A stretch of DNA of 64,000 nt from Lytechinus pictus (GCF_037042905.1 NC_087250.1:16244001-16308000), one strand, 5' to 3'; counted from the stretch's first letter, positions 25,557 to 39,546 are shown. Program-made: numbers and translations. The notes: a model not told the origin generated them from the letters alone.

Positions 25557-25959
25557 ATATTGGCCCTAGTGTTTAGGCGAGGGCTATATAGTTCTTTTAA
25601 GAGCAATATATTTATTGTTTTTCCCCCCAAAAGAAGAGATAAAAAGAGTCAATATTCGTATTATTACCTACATAATTATGTATAATGTGTAATTCAAGCT
25701 ATTATTTAGAACAATTTATATGTCGTGTGCTTATCACTACTTGTGATATCAAGCTATTCACAAACTAATAATCCTTGTCAAGCAATTGCGAAGTAATTGT
25801 TACTGCCCAGTCGCGCATCATGCATGGCGCGCAAATACACTTTAACGCGTAAAAAATATTGCGCTTGGGTCTGATTTGCTGGAATGCGTATGCACTGGCT
25901 GTGCCGCGAAATATCTACAATGCATATGTTCACAAACGGGTTTTAACCAGGGGGTGGGG

Positions 25960-26120
25960 GGGGGGGCGTTTCATGAAAGGACTTGTCAGACGTTTTATCC
26001 GACAAGTCCCATTTTATCCTACAGTTACCATAGTAACAGTACCTCTCAGCCAATCAACATCAGAGAAAGGTGTCAGATCTGACAACTTGTCGGATGGAAA
26101 TGTTGATGAAACACTCCCCA
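25960..26120. mobile_element. Short ancient MITE
   Basis: TIR ggggcgtttcatgaa / ttgatgaaacactcccc with internal inverted ttgtcgga; related fragment at ~54955-55091. Confidence 0.55.
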
Positions 26121-26410
26121 GATCTCCTAAATACTAGAATTAGCGATCAAAATCGGCTTCTACTGCGCAAGCTCACTAGCAGAAATATAACCAATGTTGC
26201 ATTTTGTTTTGTACAGTATTCCTATTGGCAAAGCCCGGAGAGGGCAACATGGCAAATGCTTTCCCCGTTTGCCTCGGGTCGAAAGTAGAGAGCGAAAAAA
26301 TATGACATTTATTTATCTGCTAAAATGCCTGGTATATGTAATAATCTTCTATATACGTAGTATCCTTTAAAAAATATGCTGTTGCCCCTCCAAATACACA
26401 ATTCACAATC

Positions 26411-29400
26411 CTTTTTTCTTTTTTGAATCTTTATTGCTTCAATAAAACAAAATATATGTACAATATTCATCGTGTACAACAAGATACATCAAGATACATC
26501 AATATTCATCGTAATGAAGATAAAGTATAAAATACATAACAAATACAAGCAAGTCTCAACTTGGTTCAAAATTAGTAAAAGGTCTCAATTTTTTATAATG
26601 TAGCATCTCCTTGCCCTTTTTGAAAGCAATAAACTTTTCAACATTTTCAACAAATTTCAACTCATTTATGAATATAGCTAACGAAAGTTGTCCTTCTTGA
26701 CATTTTGTTCTGAAAATGAAGTATTTTGCAAATAAAATTATTGTGTTTGAGAGATGTTGAAACTTACTTGGAACACCAAAACATATGTCAATATTTGAAA
26801 ATTTGTGATAACTTATATTGTGGAAATTCAACCAAGTATTTACCTCCGTCCAAAACTTAGAAACAATAGGGCATAAACAAAATAAGTGTATCAACGTTTG
26901 TGGTTCAGTTTTACAAAAATTACACAATGGTGAATTCTTCACACCTATCTTAAATAAATACTCATTAGTTGATATACGACGGTGAATAAACTTATACTGG
27001 AACATTCTGATTTTTGAATCCAAAGTAACCCAGTTAATAGTCAAAAATCTATTTTGCCATTGGATCAGAAGACTTAGATCTACATTTAAATCATTCGACC
27101 ATTTTTTACACTGGTTGGTATCTGATATATCTAAACAATGTTTTTTTATAAGCGTTAAATAGCAGGATTTAGTTACCTTCTTATAACTTATAAATCTCTT
27201 TAAACTATTTACATCGTCAGATTCATCATTTGTAACACTTGATCTTAAAGTATTTTTCCATTCTTTTCTAAAACAAGAAATCAATGAAAAATATTCCAAA
27301 TAACATCTTTTAGGCAGATTGAAGTCGTCTTGAAGTTCATGAAAAGTTTTAAATAGTCCATTGTTCTTTATAATATCTTTTACATATAAAATACCTGCTT
27401 CAAACCATTGTTAAAAAAATATCGTTTTACCGTCTATTTTAATATAAGAATTATTCCACAATGATTGATTAAAAATATCTTTATATTTAACTGGGTTGAA
27501 GTATCTGTAATGAGACCATGAAGTTAAAACATCTTTCCAAAAATTATTCAAGCGTTTATCCAAATCTTTACCTGTAAAGTTAGATTGTAAAATATAATCA
27601 CCGCCTATCTTATTCATATTCATATAAAATAACATCTTCCAGTTACCTTCGTTTTCTTTGTCTAAAATTCTTTTGACCCAAGCTATTTTCAGTGCCTGAC
27701 AAAAAGTTTATGTATGAATCATTTTCAAACCACCATCACCTATATCGTTATACAATATTTTTATTTTTATACGATCTTTCTTATTACTCCAAATAAATCG
27801 AAAAAGTTTACTTTGGAGAGAATAAAAAAAATGTTTTGGTGGATTTCGAATAATGCTAAATAAATATACAAATTTTGGAATTATTAGAGATTTGATGACA
27901 GTTATCTTCCCAGCTAATGATAACGTTCTCATATTCCATACTTTCAGTAGATTGTCAGCCTGTTGTATTTTATCATCAAAATTTAAATGGTATATGTCCA
28001 ATTCATCAGAAACAGGTATTTTTATTCCTAAGTAAGAGAATGCGTCTTTTACCCATTTAACTTTACTTTCTTTGAAATTATTATTTTTAGCACTATCTAG
28101 CCGTATTACGTTACTCGTTTCTATGTTTATGTTTAAACCTGATATATTTCCAAAATGAGTTAGGATAGAACAACAATTTTCAAGATTCTTCTCCGTAGCT
28201 GATAAGTATATGATTGTATCATCTGCGTATTGGCTTAATCGTATTTCTTTATGTCCAACCTGAATCCCTTGTATCTCTTTAGATTGTCTTATCAATGCCC
28301 CTAAAATTTCGGCCCCTATTAGAAAAAGATATGGGGAGAGTGGGCACCCCTGCCTTACCCCTCTCTCGATATAAAAAACCGGGGAAGAATATCCATTATT
28401 AAGAACACAGCTTTCAATATTATTATATAAGGTTCGAATCCATCTTACACAGTCTTGTTTAAACCCAAATTTTTCGAGGCATTTAAATAAAAAATTCCAT
28501 TCGATGGAGTCAAAGGCTTTTTCAAAATCAATTGAAAAAGCTAATCCAGGTCGTTTATTTTCCTTACAATATTCCAACATATCTAATAATAAACGAATAT
28601 TTTCTCCTATATATCTCCCTTTCATAAATCCTGTTTGGTCTGCTGAAATTATCGAGGGTAATACTTTTTTTAATCTGTTTGCTATTATTTTTGCTAAAAT
28701 GTTGTAGTCAGTATTTAAAAGAGAAAGGGGTCGCCATTTTTTTAATTGTGTTGTGTCCTTCCCAGACTTAGGGATCAAAGTTATAATGCCTCGTCTCATA
28801 GAAGAGCAAAGTTCACCATCGCTATAGCATTTGTTAAACAGTTTACATAAAATACCCTTAAGCTCATTTCAATAGCATTTGTAAAAGTTAGCAGAAAGTC
28901 CATCTGACCCAGGGGTTTTATCGTTTGGCGTTGACATCAGAGCTTCAAAGCATTCAATTTCTGTAATAGCGCCTTCACAAACCATAGCTAAGTCTTCTTC
29001 TAAAATAGGTAAGTTCAGTTCTTTGTCCCAAAATTCATTGTTACTTAAAGCAGTGTCATTTGACTTGTATAAATTTTCATAGAATTTTTTTCTTCCTCAA
29101 GGATATCTTTTTGCTCCGTTATCAGGTTTCCATCAACAAAAAGTTTTGTTATAAGTTTTTTGTTAAAGTTTCTTTTTTCTAAGTTAAAAAAATATTTAGT
29201 ATTCTTTTCACCTTCCGCAACCCATAATGCTCTGGTGCGGACCATTACTCCTTTAATGTAACTTTCATGAAGATTTATCAAATCAGCTTCCTCACATTTC
29301 ATACGTTTTTTTAGTTCTTCATTATTTGGATCTTGCTGTAATAATCGTCTAAAAAAATCAATGTTTTTTGTCTTTTTTTCTATTTTCTGTTTTCTTTCAT

Positions 29401-30314
29401 TTTTGTCATATTTGGAAATTGTGATTACTTTTTGTTTAATATGATATTTAAAAAATTCCCATGTTTTTGTAACATCAGATATGTCATTTTCCTCTAAAAA
29501 TGTTGTTATTGTTGTTCTTATGTCGTCTTTCATTCATAAGCAGTGAGTTATTTAATTTCCAAAATCCAGGCCCTCTCCTTGGAACCAATCTATTTATTTT
29601 GATACTGATTGCCGAATGATCGCTCCGATAACCATATTTCATATCACATTCATCAATAAAGTCTCTCAATGAGCTGGATATTAGAAAAAAATCTATTCTG
29701 CTTTGAGAAAAATTAGACTGCCATGTATACTGAATTTTACACGGATTCATGTCTCGCCATATATCAATTAGATCGTAATCACGTTTTAAAGTTTCGATGC
29801 AATCAAATGATTTAGGGTGATATTGTTTTGAGGTTGGATTTCTATCTAAATGTGGGTTTTGAACTAGATTCCAATCACCTCCAATAATCAAAGGTTCAAA
29901 TGCATAATCTCTTACCATTTCATGTAAAGTAATAAAAATATTGTTATTATCATTATTTGGACCGTATATATTCACAACTGAAAAAGTAGTTTTACCATAT
30001 GTAATATTCAAAAGAAGGATCCGTCCTGCGTCATCTTTTTGTATTGAACAAACTTTAAAATCAGCATTTGGTTTAAATAGAGCACAGACACCTGCACTGG
30101 ACGATTTTCCATGTGAAAAATAACATTTGGATCCCCACTCACTTGACCAATATCTTTCAACTTCGGCGGTACTATGAGTTTCTCGTAAAATAAAGATATC
30201 ATATTGTGTATTTCTTAACCAATCAAACATGCATCTTCTTTTTACTTTGTCTCTGAGACCTCTAACATTCAAAGAATATAGATTTATATCAAGACTTGTC
30301 TCCTCCATCATCAT
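26411..30314 (-). mobile_element. L1/Tx1-clade non-LTR retrotransposon, ORF2 complete but disrupted (APE endonuclease, RT, zf-RVT)
   Basis: EN motifs SLNVRGL, ETH, NIYGPN, GGDWN, SRIDFF, SDH (29484-30314); GEKNTKYFF; RT WRPLSLLNTDY, DFEKAFD, RGVRQGCPLSP, YADD (27708-28799); CNFC...HLFCLC (26556-27299); several frameshifts and an in-frame TGA near 28870; AATAAA and A-rich tail near 26411-26435. Confidence 0.95.
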
Positions 30315-30334
30315 AATATATAAGTCTCATTGTA

Positions 30335-31565
30335 GATATCTTGGCCGTTACCTTTCCAAATCCCCTTTAAAATTATTGAAGATTCTCTGTCCGTTACCCC
30401 TCCTATACCCCTTCCCAATGCTTGAATACATTCTCTCTCCAAGCCCCCTCCCAATCCTTGAAGATATTCTGTCTGTTATCCTTCCAAGTCCCCTCCCGAA
30501 GATTTGAAAAATACTCTGTTACCCCTCTAAGTCCCCTTCCAAACGCTTGAATATATTCTCTTTTACCCCTCTTATTCCCCTTTTCAATGCTTGAAGATAT
30601 TCTGTCTGTTACCCCTCCAAGCCCCCTTTCAAATCCTTGAATATATTCTGTCTGTTACCCGTCCTATACCCCTTCCCAATGCTTAAAGATATTATTTTTG
30701 TTACCCCTCCAAGCCCCCTCCAAATTATTGAAGACATTCTGTATGTTACCCCTCCAAGTCCCCTCCCCAATGCTTGAAGATATTTTGTCTGTCATTCCTT
30801 TGAGCCCCTTCCCAATCCTTGAAGATGTCCTTTCTGTTACCCCTCCAAGCCTCCTTTCAAATCCTTGAAGATATTCTGTCTGTTAAACCTCCAAGCCCCC
30901 TTTCAAATCATTGAATATATTCTGTCTGTTACCCATCCTACACCCCTACCCAATGCTGAGATATTCTCTCTGTTACCCCTCCAAATTAGTGAGGACATTC
31001 TGTATGTTACCCCTCCGAATCCCCTCCCCATTGCTTGAAGATTTTCTCTCTGTTACCCCTCCAAGCCCCCTCCCAATTAGTGAGGACATTCTGTATGTTA
31101 CCCCTCCAAGTCCCCTCCACAATGCTTGAATATATCCTGTCTGTTACCCCCCCCTTCCAAGCCCCCTCTCAAATCTTTAAAGATATTCTGTCTCCCACCC
31201 TTCCTATACCCCTTCCGAATTCTTAAATATATTCTGTCTGTTACCCCTCCAAGCCTTCTAAATCTTTGAAGATAGGCTGTCTTTTACCCCTCAAAGCCCC
31301 CTTTCAAATCCTTGAAAATATTATGTCTGTTACCCCTCCAACACCCCTTCCAACTGTTGATTATATCCTCTATGTTACCCCTCTTTGCTTACTTCCCGAT
31401 CCTGCCTGTTACCCCTCCAACACCCCTTCCAACTGTTGATTATATCCTCTATGTTACCCCTCTTTGCTTACTTCCCGATCCTGCCTGTTACCCCTCCTAC
31501 AAGTACTCTACCCAATACGTGAAGATGTTATGTCTATTACCCTTCCAAGCCCCCTTCCCAATCCC
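30335..31565. repeat. ~41-bp tandem array (~30 units) directly 5' of L1/Tx1 ORF2
   Basis: Unit ttgaagatattctgtctgttacccctccaagccccctcccaatcc; includes an essentially exact ~78-bp higher-order duplication at ~31330-31486. Confidence 0.92.
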
Positions 31566-32382
31566 GAGGTAACTAAGCGATCCTCACTTACTCATCCATC
31601 CGTTTGTCGAGTGACTCGTCCCTCGTCGTTGGTGCGTGGTACTCTCCTTCCAACCGAGGTTTACAGTCTCTAAATTCAAACCTTTCGAGGTTTTCAGATT
31701 TGTTTCCTTTACAAATTTTGTTAGGTAGAACTACGACCAGAGATTTTAAAGCTTGATTAAACCCCAACAATTTTTTCTGAGCATAATTCTAAAAAATCAG
31801 TGATAACCTATAAAGAAGCTATGAATAAAAAAAAATGTTCATGAAATTCGAACTCTAGTTAACTTGTTCGAAGACTGAAAAATACATTTTGAATGTGCCT
31901 GTGTTTTTTGCCGGCTACCCAACTTTTCTATATTTAGATGTTTAAATGAAATATTGGGACTGACTTTTTTTTTTAATTTCATGTCATTTCATAATTACTA
32001 CCATTGGCGTAAATCCTCGCATCACACCTATTGTCAAGGGAGGAAAATCTAGTGTCCCCCCCCCCCTGTACAGTGTACAATATGTGTGATGCAAAAATTT
32101 ACACCAGGGATGAATACACATTTTGGAAGATTAAGACTATTCATTTCAAAATTAATTCAATAATGTATTAATATTAGTCGACCTAGTCTAATTGGGAAGT
32201 TTCAGTTTGACCTAAAATCGATAATTTGTACAGTAATATATTTTTCAATTTGAATTTGCGTGTCAATAGTTACACCTGGTATATATAGGACGAATTTTCA
32301 GTTTAAAATAAATCATATATCTGATGGCTTTGCGTACTTCCAGTGCAAATATTTTGCCATGTATGTTATAAAAGATTATATA

Positions 32383-32548
32383 CACTGTAAAAAATTAAGT
32401 GCTAATTTAGCACTTAGAGTGCTTGTATAGTGACTGCACTACGAGTGCTGATTTTCTAGTTTAAATTTGAACTAGAAAATCAGCACTAGTAGTGCAGTCA
32501 CTATACAAGCACTGTAAGTGCTAAATTAACACTTCATTTTTTACAGTG
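32383..32548. mobile_element. 166-bp near-perfect palindromic MITE (CACTG termini, TA flanks; EnSpm/CMC-like)
   Basis: TA|CACTGTAAAAAATTAAGTG...CACTTCATTTTTTACAGTG|TA; the whole element folds on itself. Confidence 0.85.
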
Positions 32549-33016
32549 TATATATTGGAAAAATATTAAATATTAGGGGCTCCAAAATGTGCCAAAAAGT
32601 AATAATAGGATTTAACAAAACGAAAAAAGTACAAGGGAAGAAGTAATCAGCAGCGATGGAGAATAAGATGATGAAGACTGAGACGAACTAACTCTATGGT
32701 TTTTGTTTTTAATACTTATCTTGTATCCCTGCACACGAGTTGAAACCCGACTGAAAATCAGACTAGCATTCGTTACTAAGAAGGTACCCTGGTACGTTAT
32801 CACTGATCCCCAGCAACGTCTAATGCTACGAACTATGCACCTATCATAGAGTTCTTGTGTACCCCCTGCGATGCATGTACGGTAATACATTTTTTTTGTT
32901 ATACGTAGCACATATCGTCGCGGCTGGTTGATAGCAAAAACTATTGCACTGTTTGGAATTAATCGACTATTTGTACGATTATTTGAATTTGTCAGGGACA
33001 TAGTAAGTTCTCAAAC

Positions 33017-33100
33017 ATGGTGAAGCCTACGGTATTTTCCGTAGAACAGGACCCTAAAAAGGATAAGTCATCGGATGTTTGTCTTATCCCTGTAAAGGAG
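33017..33100 (+). CDS. ITM2/BRI-like type II membrane protein, coding exon 1
   Basis: Kozak-like aaacATGg; MVKPTVFSVEQDPKKDKSSDVCLIPVKE resembles ITM2 N-termini as recalled (MVKVTFNS...KKDEPK...LIIP); consensus donor GAG|GTGAGT in phase 0. Confidence 0.7.
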
Positions 33101-34214
33101 GTGAGTTTCTCTCTTTTAATAATCGTTTCATTTTACTTTTCATAGTTATTTTTCTTCCGACTTTATCGTCAAGTGTATCAACTTTTTGTTTCGGAAAATT
33201 TATCAAGTCATTTTCCCCCATTATTTCGTCCTCTCTTTACCAACAGAAGAATATACATTTAGGTTCAATTAACTTTTTTATATAAATAAAATCGAAAATG
33301 AATAAATAATAAATCTTAAAAACTTGTTGCTGCCAATCTATGATTATGTATGGTATAGTTAATTAATTATAAACTGTAACTAAACACAAGTCATGAATAT
33401 ACTAAGCAACAAAATGAAAACTCGCACATTAATTATTAAGCATGGCTGAATAATGCATATCAATTGTGATTGTTGTATAAGATGACTATTATCAGCGATT
33501 TCTTTTCTTATTTTCGACAGTGATTATTCATAGCATTGTATTGATTCATATATATTTCGGCACAGCGCAAGCGAGTGAGGGGGGCATTCAACCACTTAAG
33601 ATATTGTCGCGAAGTTGTCGGAATATCAAACTCTTTAAGCTAAGATCAAATAGAGTTTTAACCAAAGTTGCACCGCCAAGAGAAAAACATAATTATCAAG
33701 GAAATTGCCATTGTGACGTCAAGTCTCGTCATTGTGATGTCAAAGTTTAGAGATTTAGACAAACAAGTTCATGAATTGTAGGGCCTGATCAAAATAAGTC
33801 TCAAGAAAGATTGAACAATTACTGAGTCATGTGAGTGATGATGTGGAAGAGGTCCATCTTGGCGATAGATGGACATGATGGAGTAGAAGAAATAATCAGT
33901 TGTCTTGCGATGGATCAAACGTCATTCCACAACGTTTGGTCCATCGTAAAGACAACTGATTATTTCTTCTACTGAAATTACTGAATGATATAATTTTTAT
34001 ATAACTTAAAGTAGGCAAATTTTTAAAAAGATTCATTCAATATTAAAAGTCGAAGATTTACAAATGATTGAAGCCTAAAGGTTGAATTGGCAATTAAAAA
34101 AAATATATCATTGGTTTAAATATATCAATCAACTTTATCATTGGTAATTGAAGTTTCTTTCCTCTAATTACCAAAGTCATTACCAAAGCCATTACCATCG
34201 AAGTGAAACAGGTC

Positions 34215-34392
34215 CTAAATGTTGCTAAAAAAGATTAAGCAACGCTTTTTAAGCCCGTTACTCTTACAGCTATTGCTTAAACTTTTAAGCAATTGTTCAA
34301 ACTTTTAAAACAAATTGTTTAAACGTTTAAACGATAGCTGTTAGAGTGACAGGCTAAAACTGCGTTTGCTTATCATTTTTAACAACATTTTT
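34215..34392. mobile_element. Degenerate palindromic MITE
   Basis: aaatgttgctaaaaaagattaagcaacgc...ttacagctat / atagctgttagagtgac...gcttatcatttttaacaacattt. Confidence 0.55.
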
Positions 34393-35012
34393 AACAACAT
34401 ATATCAAATGGAATAATCAAATTCTCTCTGATTTGATACTATAAATGGTTTATATATAAAGCCTTGTTCATACGTCCACCGTGTAAGCAGGTTATTAAAG
34501 CATAATTCTGTGTGATTGTTAGACATGATGTGAGAGATCACCACATGGTATCAGACAACATAGTAAATGAAACTAGGAGAAATGGGTTACAATGGATTGA
34601 TTATACTATAGAGGTACAGAGGTTCTGAAAAGTTGGTGAACCCCATCATAATTTGAATATTTAAAGTGTTCAAGGTCTACCACGTTTAGATATTTTACTG
34701 TTAAGTCGGGTGATGAGATATTACATTAATATTCAATAATAATGTTTGTTTCTCTGGGCTCGCCGAACATGTGCAGTGTTGTTGCCTCTTTTCAACACTC
34801 ATCATCGTGGAGTGCATTTGTGGTGGGGTTTACTAGGTTTGGAGCACTACTGTGTACTATGCTTATCCAACGAAATGCATTTAAAATGCAAATAAACGCA
34901 CTACAGTGAAATTAAATCTCACATTTCCTTAATCATGTCAATATCTTGGTGCTCTACAAATTCCCATTTCCTGGCAGCAGATCATCATGATTTTATTTCA
35001 GTTCCACACATA

Positions 35013-37890
35013 CACAACAAAAAAAGTAAGTCCCCCTTAAACAAACATCCATAATTTCCTAACCAATGCGAGTTTTTAATATATATATGAGCGTGTAGGT
35101 AATTTTATAAGCTACCCTCTGACTAAATGTTATGGACGTATTTTCATGTCATGCTTCAGTGAGCCCAAACAGAAGGCAAAATTGTCACTTTTCAAAAGTC
35201 ACAAGCGAAATATCATGATTTTGATTCCACTCTATTGGAACGAATTCCACATTCTCATCATGACAAAAAGTCAGAAGGCTTGTAAACGGTACTTTCGAAA
35301 AGAGGCTAAATTTCACGGTTGAAAAAACACAAGTTAAAATTTGCTATAATTAGATTTTATACACATTTCTATCGATAAAAATGATCGAATATGATGACAT
35401 TTATTTTTGGAAAGAGTATTTTAAACAATATTCATCGTTTCACGGATCAATGAACATTTAATGAAAACAAAAAATACGAATTTTAAAAATCATAGGCAAG
35501 TATTGTTTCATTTTGGTAACTGAAATGAACTTTTCTCAACTTTTTTTGTTATGTTCATGACCAATTAACATGCTTCAATGATTCAAGTGCGTTAAATTAA
35601 ACATTCACGCTTGAATGAACATGTGAAATGTGATTAGCTCTTTTTTACGTTATTGAAAAAATGCAATTGCTAACTTTGGATATCTGTCACAAACCTCCTT
35701 GCATAGTTAATTTGATTTGATTTTTATGAAAATCCCAATGATTAATGCTTCAGTGAGCACACAATATTCGAAAATTATGAAAATGAGAAGAAAGTTTAAG
35801 GCCTTGGCCCCACTCTGTGCCGTACCTAATTATTAGTTTGGTGTGTGCGCCTTTTGGATGATGGAGACCTTTCGTTTTCTTTGACGAGCCATGTGGACGT
35901 ACGAGATTAAGGAATTTCGGGAGCGCTGCGCATGCGCGAAGTAATATGTGACGAGCCTTCTCGTTCACTGCCCAAATCTGTGACTCGTATTTGAGGGTTT
36001 TGACGTTCGGTGTCATAGTGCTCGAACGAGCGCTAGTTCGTACATGATGACGTCATCCAAACCTAGCAAAAATTTTGATTTGATTTGATTTATTGTTTTC
36101 TTCTGCATCCATAACATTCGTATAATACATTTTTCATAACATAATAAACATAATATGCTAGCATTTTTGGCATAAATCATAAATAAAGAGTATTAAAAAG
36201 ATAATTTCAGACAAAAATGATTAACTATATGATATTTACAATTTGCAGGAGAAGGATTGTCATCATAAGCAGATTGCTTGAAAAAAATGACAATCCCAAA
36301 CTTATACTTATTGAATTAATTAATACATTTATAAAGCAGAATGGGCATACATTTTCAAATACGAAACATGAATTCATGCAATATTATAGTATGAAGATGA
36401 AAATGAATGAAGCCGCATCAACATTCGAGTTTCGTTGATTCAGCAGGGCTGGTAAACTGCAAATTACTGCTTGTTACCAGCTTTTCCATTACATTTAGTG
36501 TGTCCTGTTTTCAGACACTACATATCTCATAGGTAATTGATGTTCTATTTCCAAACAACTGTGTTTTTTCGGCTTTTTGCGCAAGAGTGCAAATGTTGCA
36601 CCCACAGTCGCCCAACTGGTTCGTAGCGTGATGCTACGCCTGAATCTCCGGCCGAGCATCGGCCCACGGCCTGCTCGCTATCACGCTGGTATATGCTGTG
36701 GCCTGGTGCGGGTAGGTCGACTTAAATCGAAACTTGTTTTCATCAATGTACGAACGCGATACTGAACGAGCGGTGTCACCACATCCGGTGAACTAGGACT
36801 ACGTTGCAGTCGCAGACAATCGAAAGCTCCTTAGTGTTAATCTGAAGCCATGTGCGAAGTTTCATGAAAAAATTGCTCTCAGAAGTAACAAAAACCGTCC
36901 ATGAAACAAGCCCTCATTTCATTTTTGTTAAAATGTTGACTTCCTCTCTCATAGAAATTGTGTTCACTATGGGTGCATATGTTTAAGAATAAGTGACCCC
37001 TTATTCAATATGGTGGAATTTTTTTTCAAGGCTGTCTTTAGCAATGTCATTTGGCAGTTATCTTTATCAACCTACGGGCAGAATTCTGTGCAAAAGTGAA
37101 ATCGATATGTTCATTTATGGATGAGTGAGCATGCATCAAAGTGGGAAAAGGGGCATTTTCAATGTCACAGACTCATTTTAAGGGATAGTAACGTGAATAA
37201 TGGGGGCAAATTCGGTTTCAAATGTGACTTAATTACTGTTGTATTTATCAACCATCAGTTTTATCACCACACACTTTCCGAACTTTTTTACAATTTCATG
37301 GTTGAGCGAGCACATTCGAAAACTTGGGAATGAATACTCTTTATACTGCATAAATGTATTCTTTTCCTAACAATTTCTCAGGATCAGTTGAATTTATGGA
37401 CAAATCAGTGGTGGATCCAACATTTTAAAATGGGGAGGGGTCGAGTAATTGGGGGAGCCACCAACATTTTCCAATTTTAACATGTTTTAACAAGTTGTAG
37501 GGGATACTGCCATAGACCCCTATGATGATACGTCACAAAACATTAATTGTGCTCACTTAACCATAAACATACGATATCAAAATTTTGTGTGAAGTGGCTA
37601 ACTAATGGATAGTAAGACAGCATTAACACCATAAAATTCACATTAAAACAACCTTTTCCCAAGTTTGTATTTACACAATCTGAAAATAACGACTGTTTTG
37701 ACTTTCAAAAATTTTCATTTTTTATTCAATCTTTGATTACTCGTGCATGACTCAACCGATCAATTTCCATTTCCCCCCAGGAGTTGCCTATTGAGTGTAG
37801 TAAACTACCTACGAAATATCATATTTCAAAATTATTCCGTTCAAAAGTTACAGCAATTTGATTTTGGTGGGACTTACTTTTTTTGTTGTG
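35013..37890. mobile_element. Non-autonomous TA-flanked DNA transposon, copy 2 (inverted relative to copy 1)
   Basis: Same TIRs and TA flanks; internal sequence is the reverse complement of 8359-12844 apart from different nested insertions. Confidence 0.85.
35862..36831. mobile_element. ~970-bp insertion nested in transposon copy 2
   Basis: Absent from copy 1 (empty site ttttggatagtgttact); imperfect TIR ggagacctttcgttttct / agacaatcgaaagctcc. Confidence 0.65.
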
Positions 37891-38360
37891 TATAGATCAA
37901 GTAAATTTACTTGATGCCCTTTTAAAAATCCTTTTTAGCACCGATTGTGTTTACGATTTGCCGCATGAATGTGTGTAACTTTATGAATTGTTAGCAAAAC
38001 GATCAAAATGGAGCGAAAATAATTCAAACTTGAAATAAAATGTCCAATGGGGTGCATGCATACAGGGAAACCTGAAGGACAACGTTCTTACTTATACGAT
38101 GGTAACAATAGAGAAATGTTAGACTTGTCGGATTTTATCTGTTAATTCATATATTTTCCCCTTCATCCATTTTATTCATTTTTATTCAGTTAAACCATTC
38201 ATTTATCTATCATAACATATTTATAGAGAAAGAAGATAGATAAGTGACGGCTGTCTCCAATCAATAAAACAATCACAATATGAACATGAAAATAAGTAAA
38301 ACCATAATGTTGGAGTATAATAACAAACTTAAAAGTATACTGACAAATACTATTGACGAA

Positions 38361-38405
<45 letters not shown>

Positions 38406-39546
38406 CATATACAGTATATAAACGAAATAATGAAACATGTTCTCCGTCAAGGAAATACATAAATGCATACACACACACACACATATATCTATATATATAT
38501 ATATATATATGTATATTATCTATTTCAATAAAAAGAACCTAGTTTATAGCAATCCCCATCATTCTTTCCCCTCTTTATGTTTTTGTACCCGTGTGGGGTG
38601 TGTATGCCCCCGCATCGTCCCTATATGTATAACTGCTTTTTACACGTTCCCTAACCCTTACACTCTCCCTTCATCCTTTCTTATTTCCACCCTATCTTCC
38701 TTTTACCCCCCCCCCCCATACATCGTCATGTCCTTCACGCTGCAGTTTATATTAAGTGCGTCCTTGTCTCGATCCACTTCACTCCCATACATGAATTAGT
38801 CATGATGATATACTTCAAGGTATATATTAAGGGGGAACGCAAGGTACATGTACTCACCAAGAAACATTATTACAAGACTGCAATGAATACAGCAAATAGT
38901 AGACAACGATAACAGTAGAATTGTCATGTTATGGTTCCCTATACCACCATATAAGTAAATCACAACTGGAACTTTAGGAACTATTGGAGAAAGATTTTTT
39001 TTTTAACCACCGAGCTTTAAAAAAAAGAATGATATCTTGTGTCAGACATGTCAATATATATAAGCGTAAAGGCTGAAAGTGTGGCTCAAATCTAACATAA
39101 TTTATAAATGTTAGATAGGCCTGTGTATTTTTGTTCCCATAGTATATTACGAAAAAAGGAAGGGAGGAAGGGGAAGAGTAAGAAGTAGGAAATAAAAATA
39201 CTAATAAGATATAACGAAATAAATATCTTATAAGCAACGCCGTATGCTACCTTTTGTTTTGTAGTAATAAACATTAGTTTAATAATGGAATTTATGAAGA
39301 AGGAAAGGCGACTGCGAACAGGTGAAAATGGAAATGTAGAAAGGGGGTCGATTCTAGTCGGGGCAACTCCTCATATCTCCATCCTCCATAGGACGGTCAA
39401 TTAATTGACTCATCACAGGGGGTTTCCTCTGAATCCTTTTCTGATTCCCAAACTGACTCACAAGATTACCTCCGACCAAACGGATTTATTACAGCCACCT
39501 ACATACTGTACGTAGACTTTAAAGCAGTTTATAAACCATCATAATC

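Noticed and set aside
30335-31565. CRISPR-like appearance of the 41-bp array
   Set aside because: Units are contiguous and degenerate with no unique spacers; no cas genes; eukaryotic context
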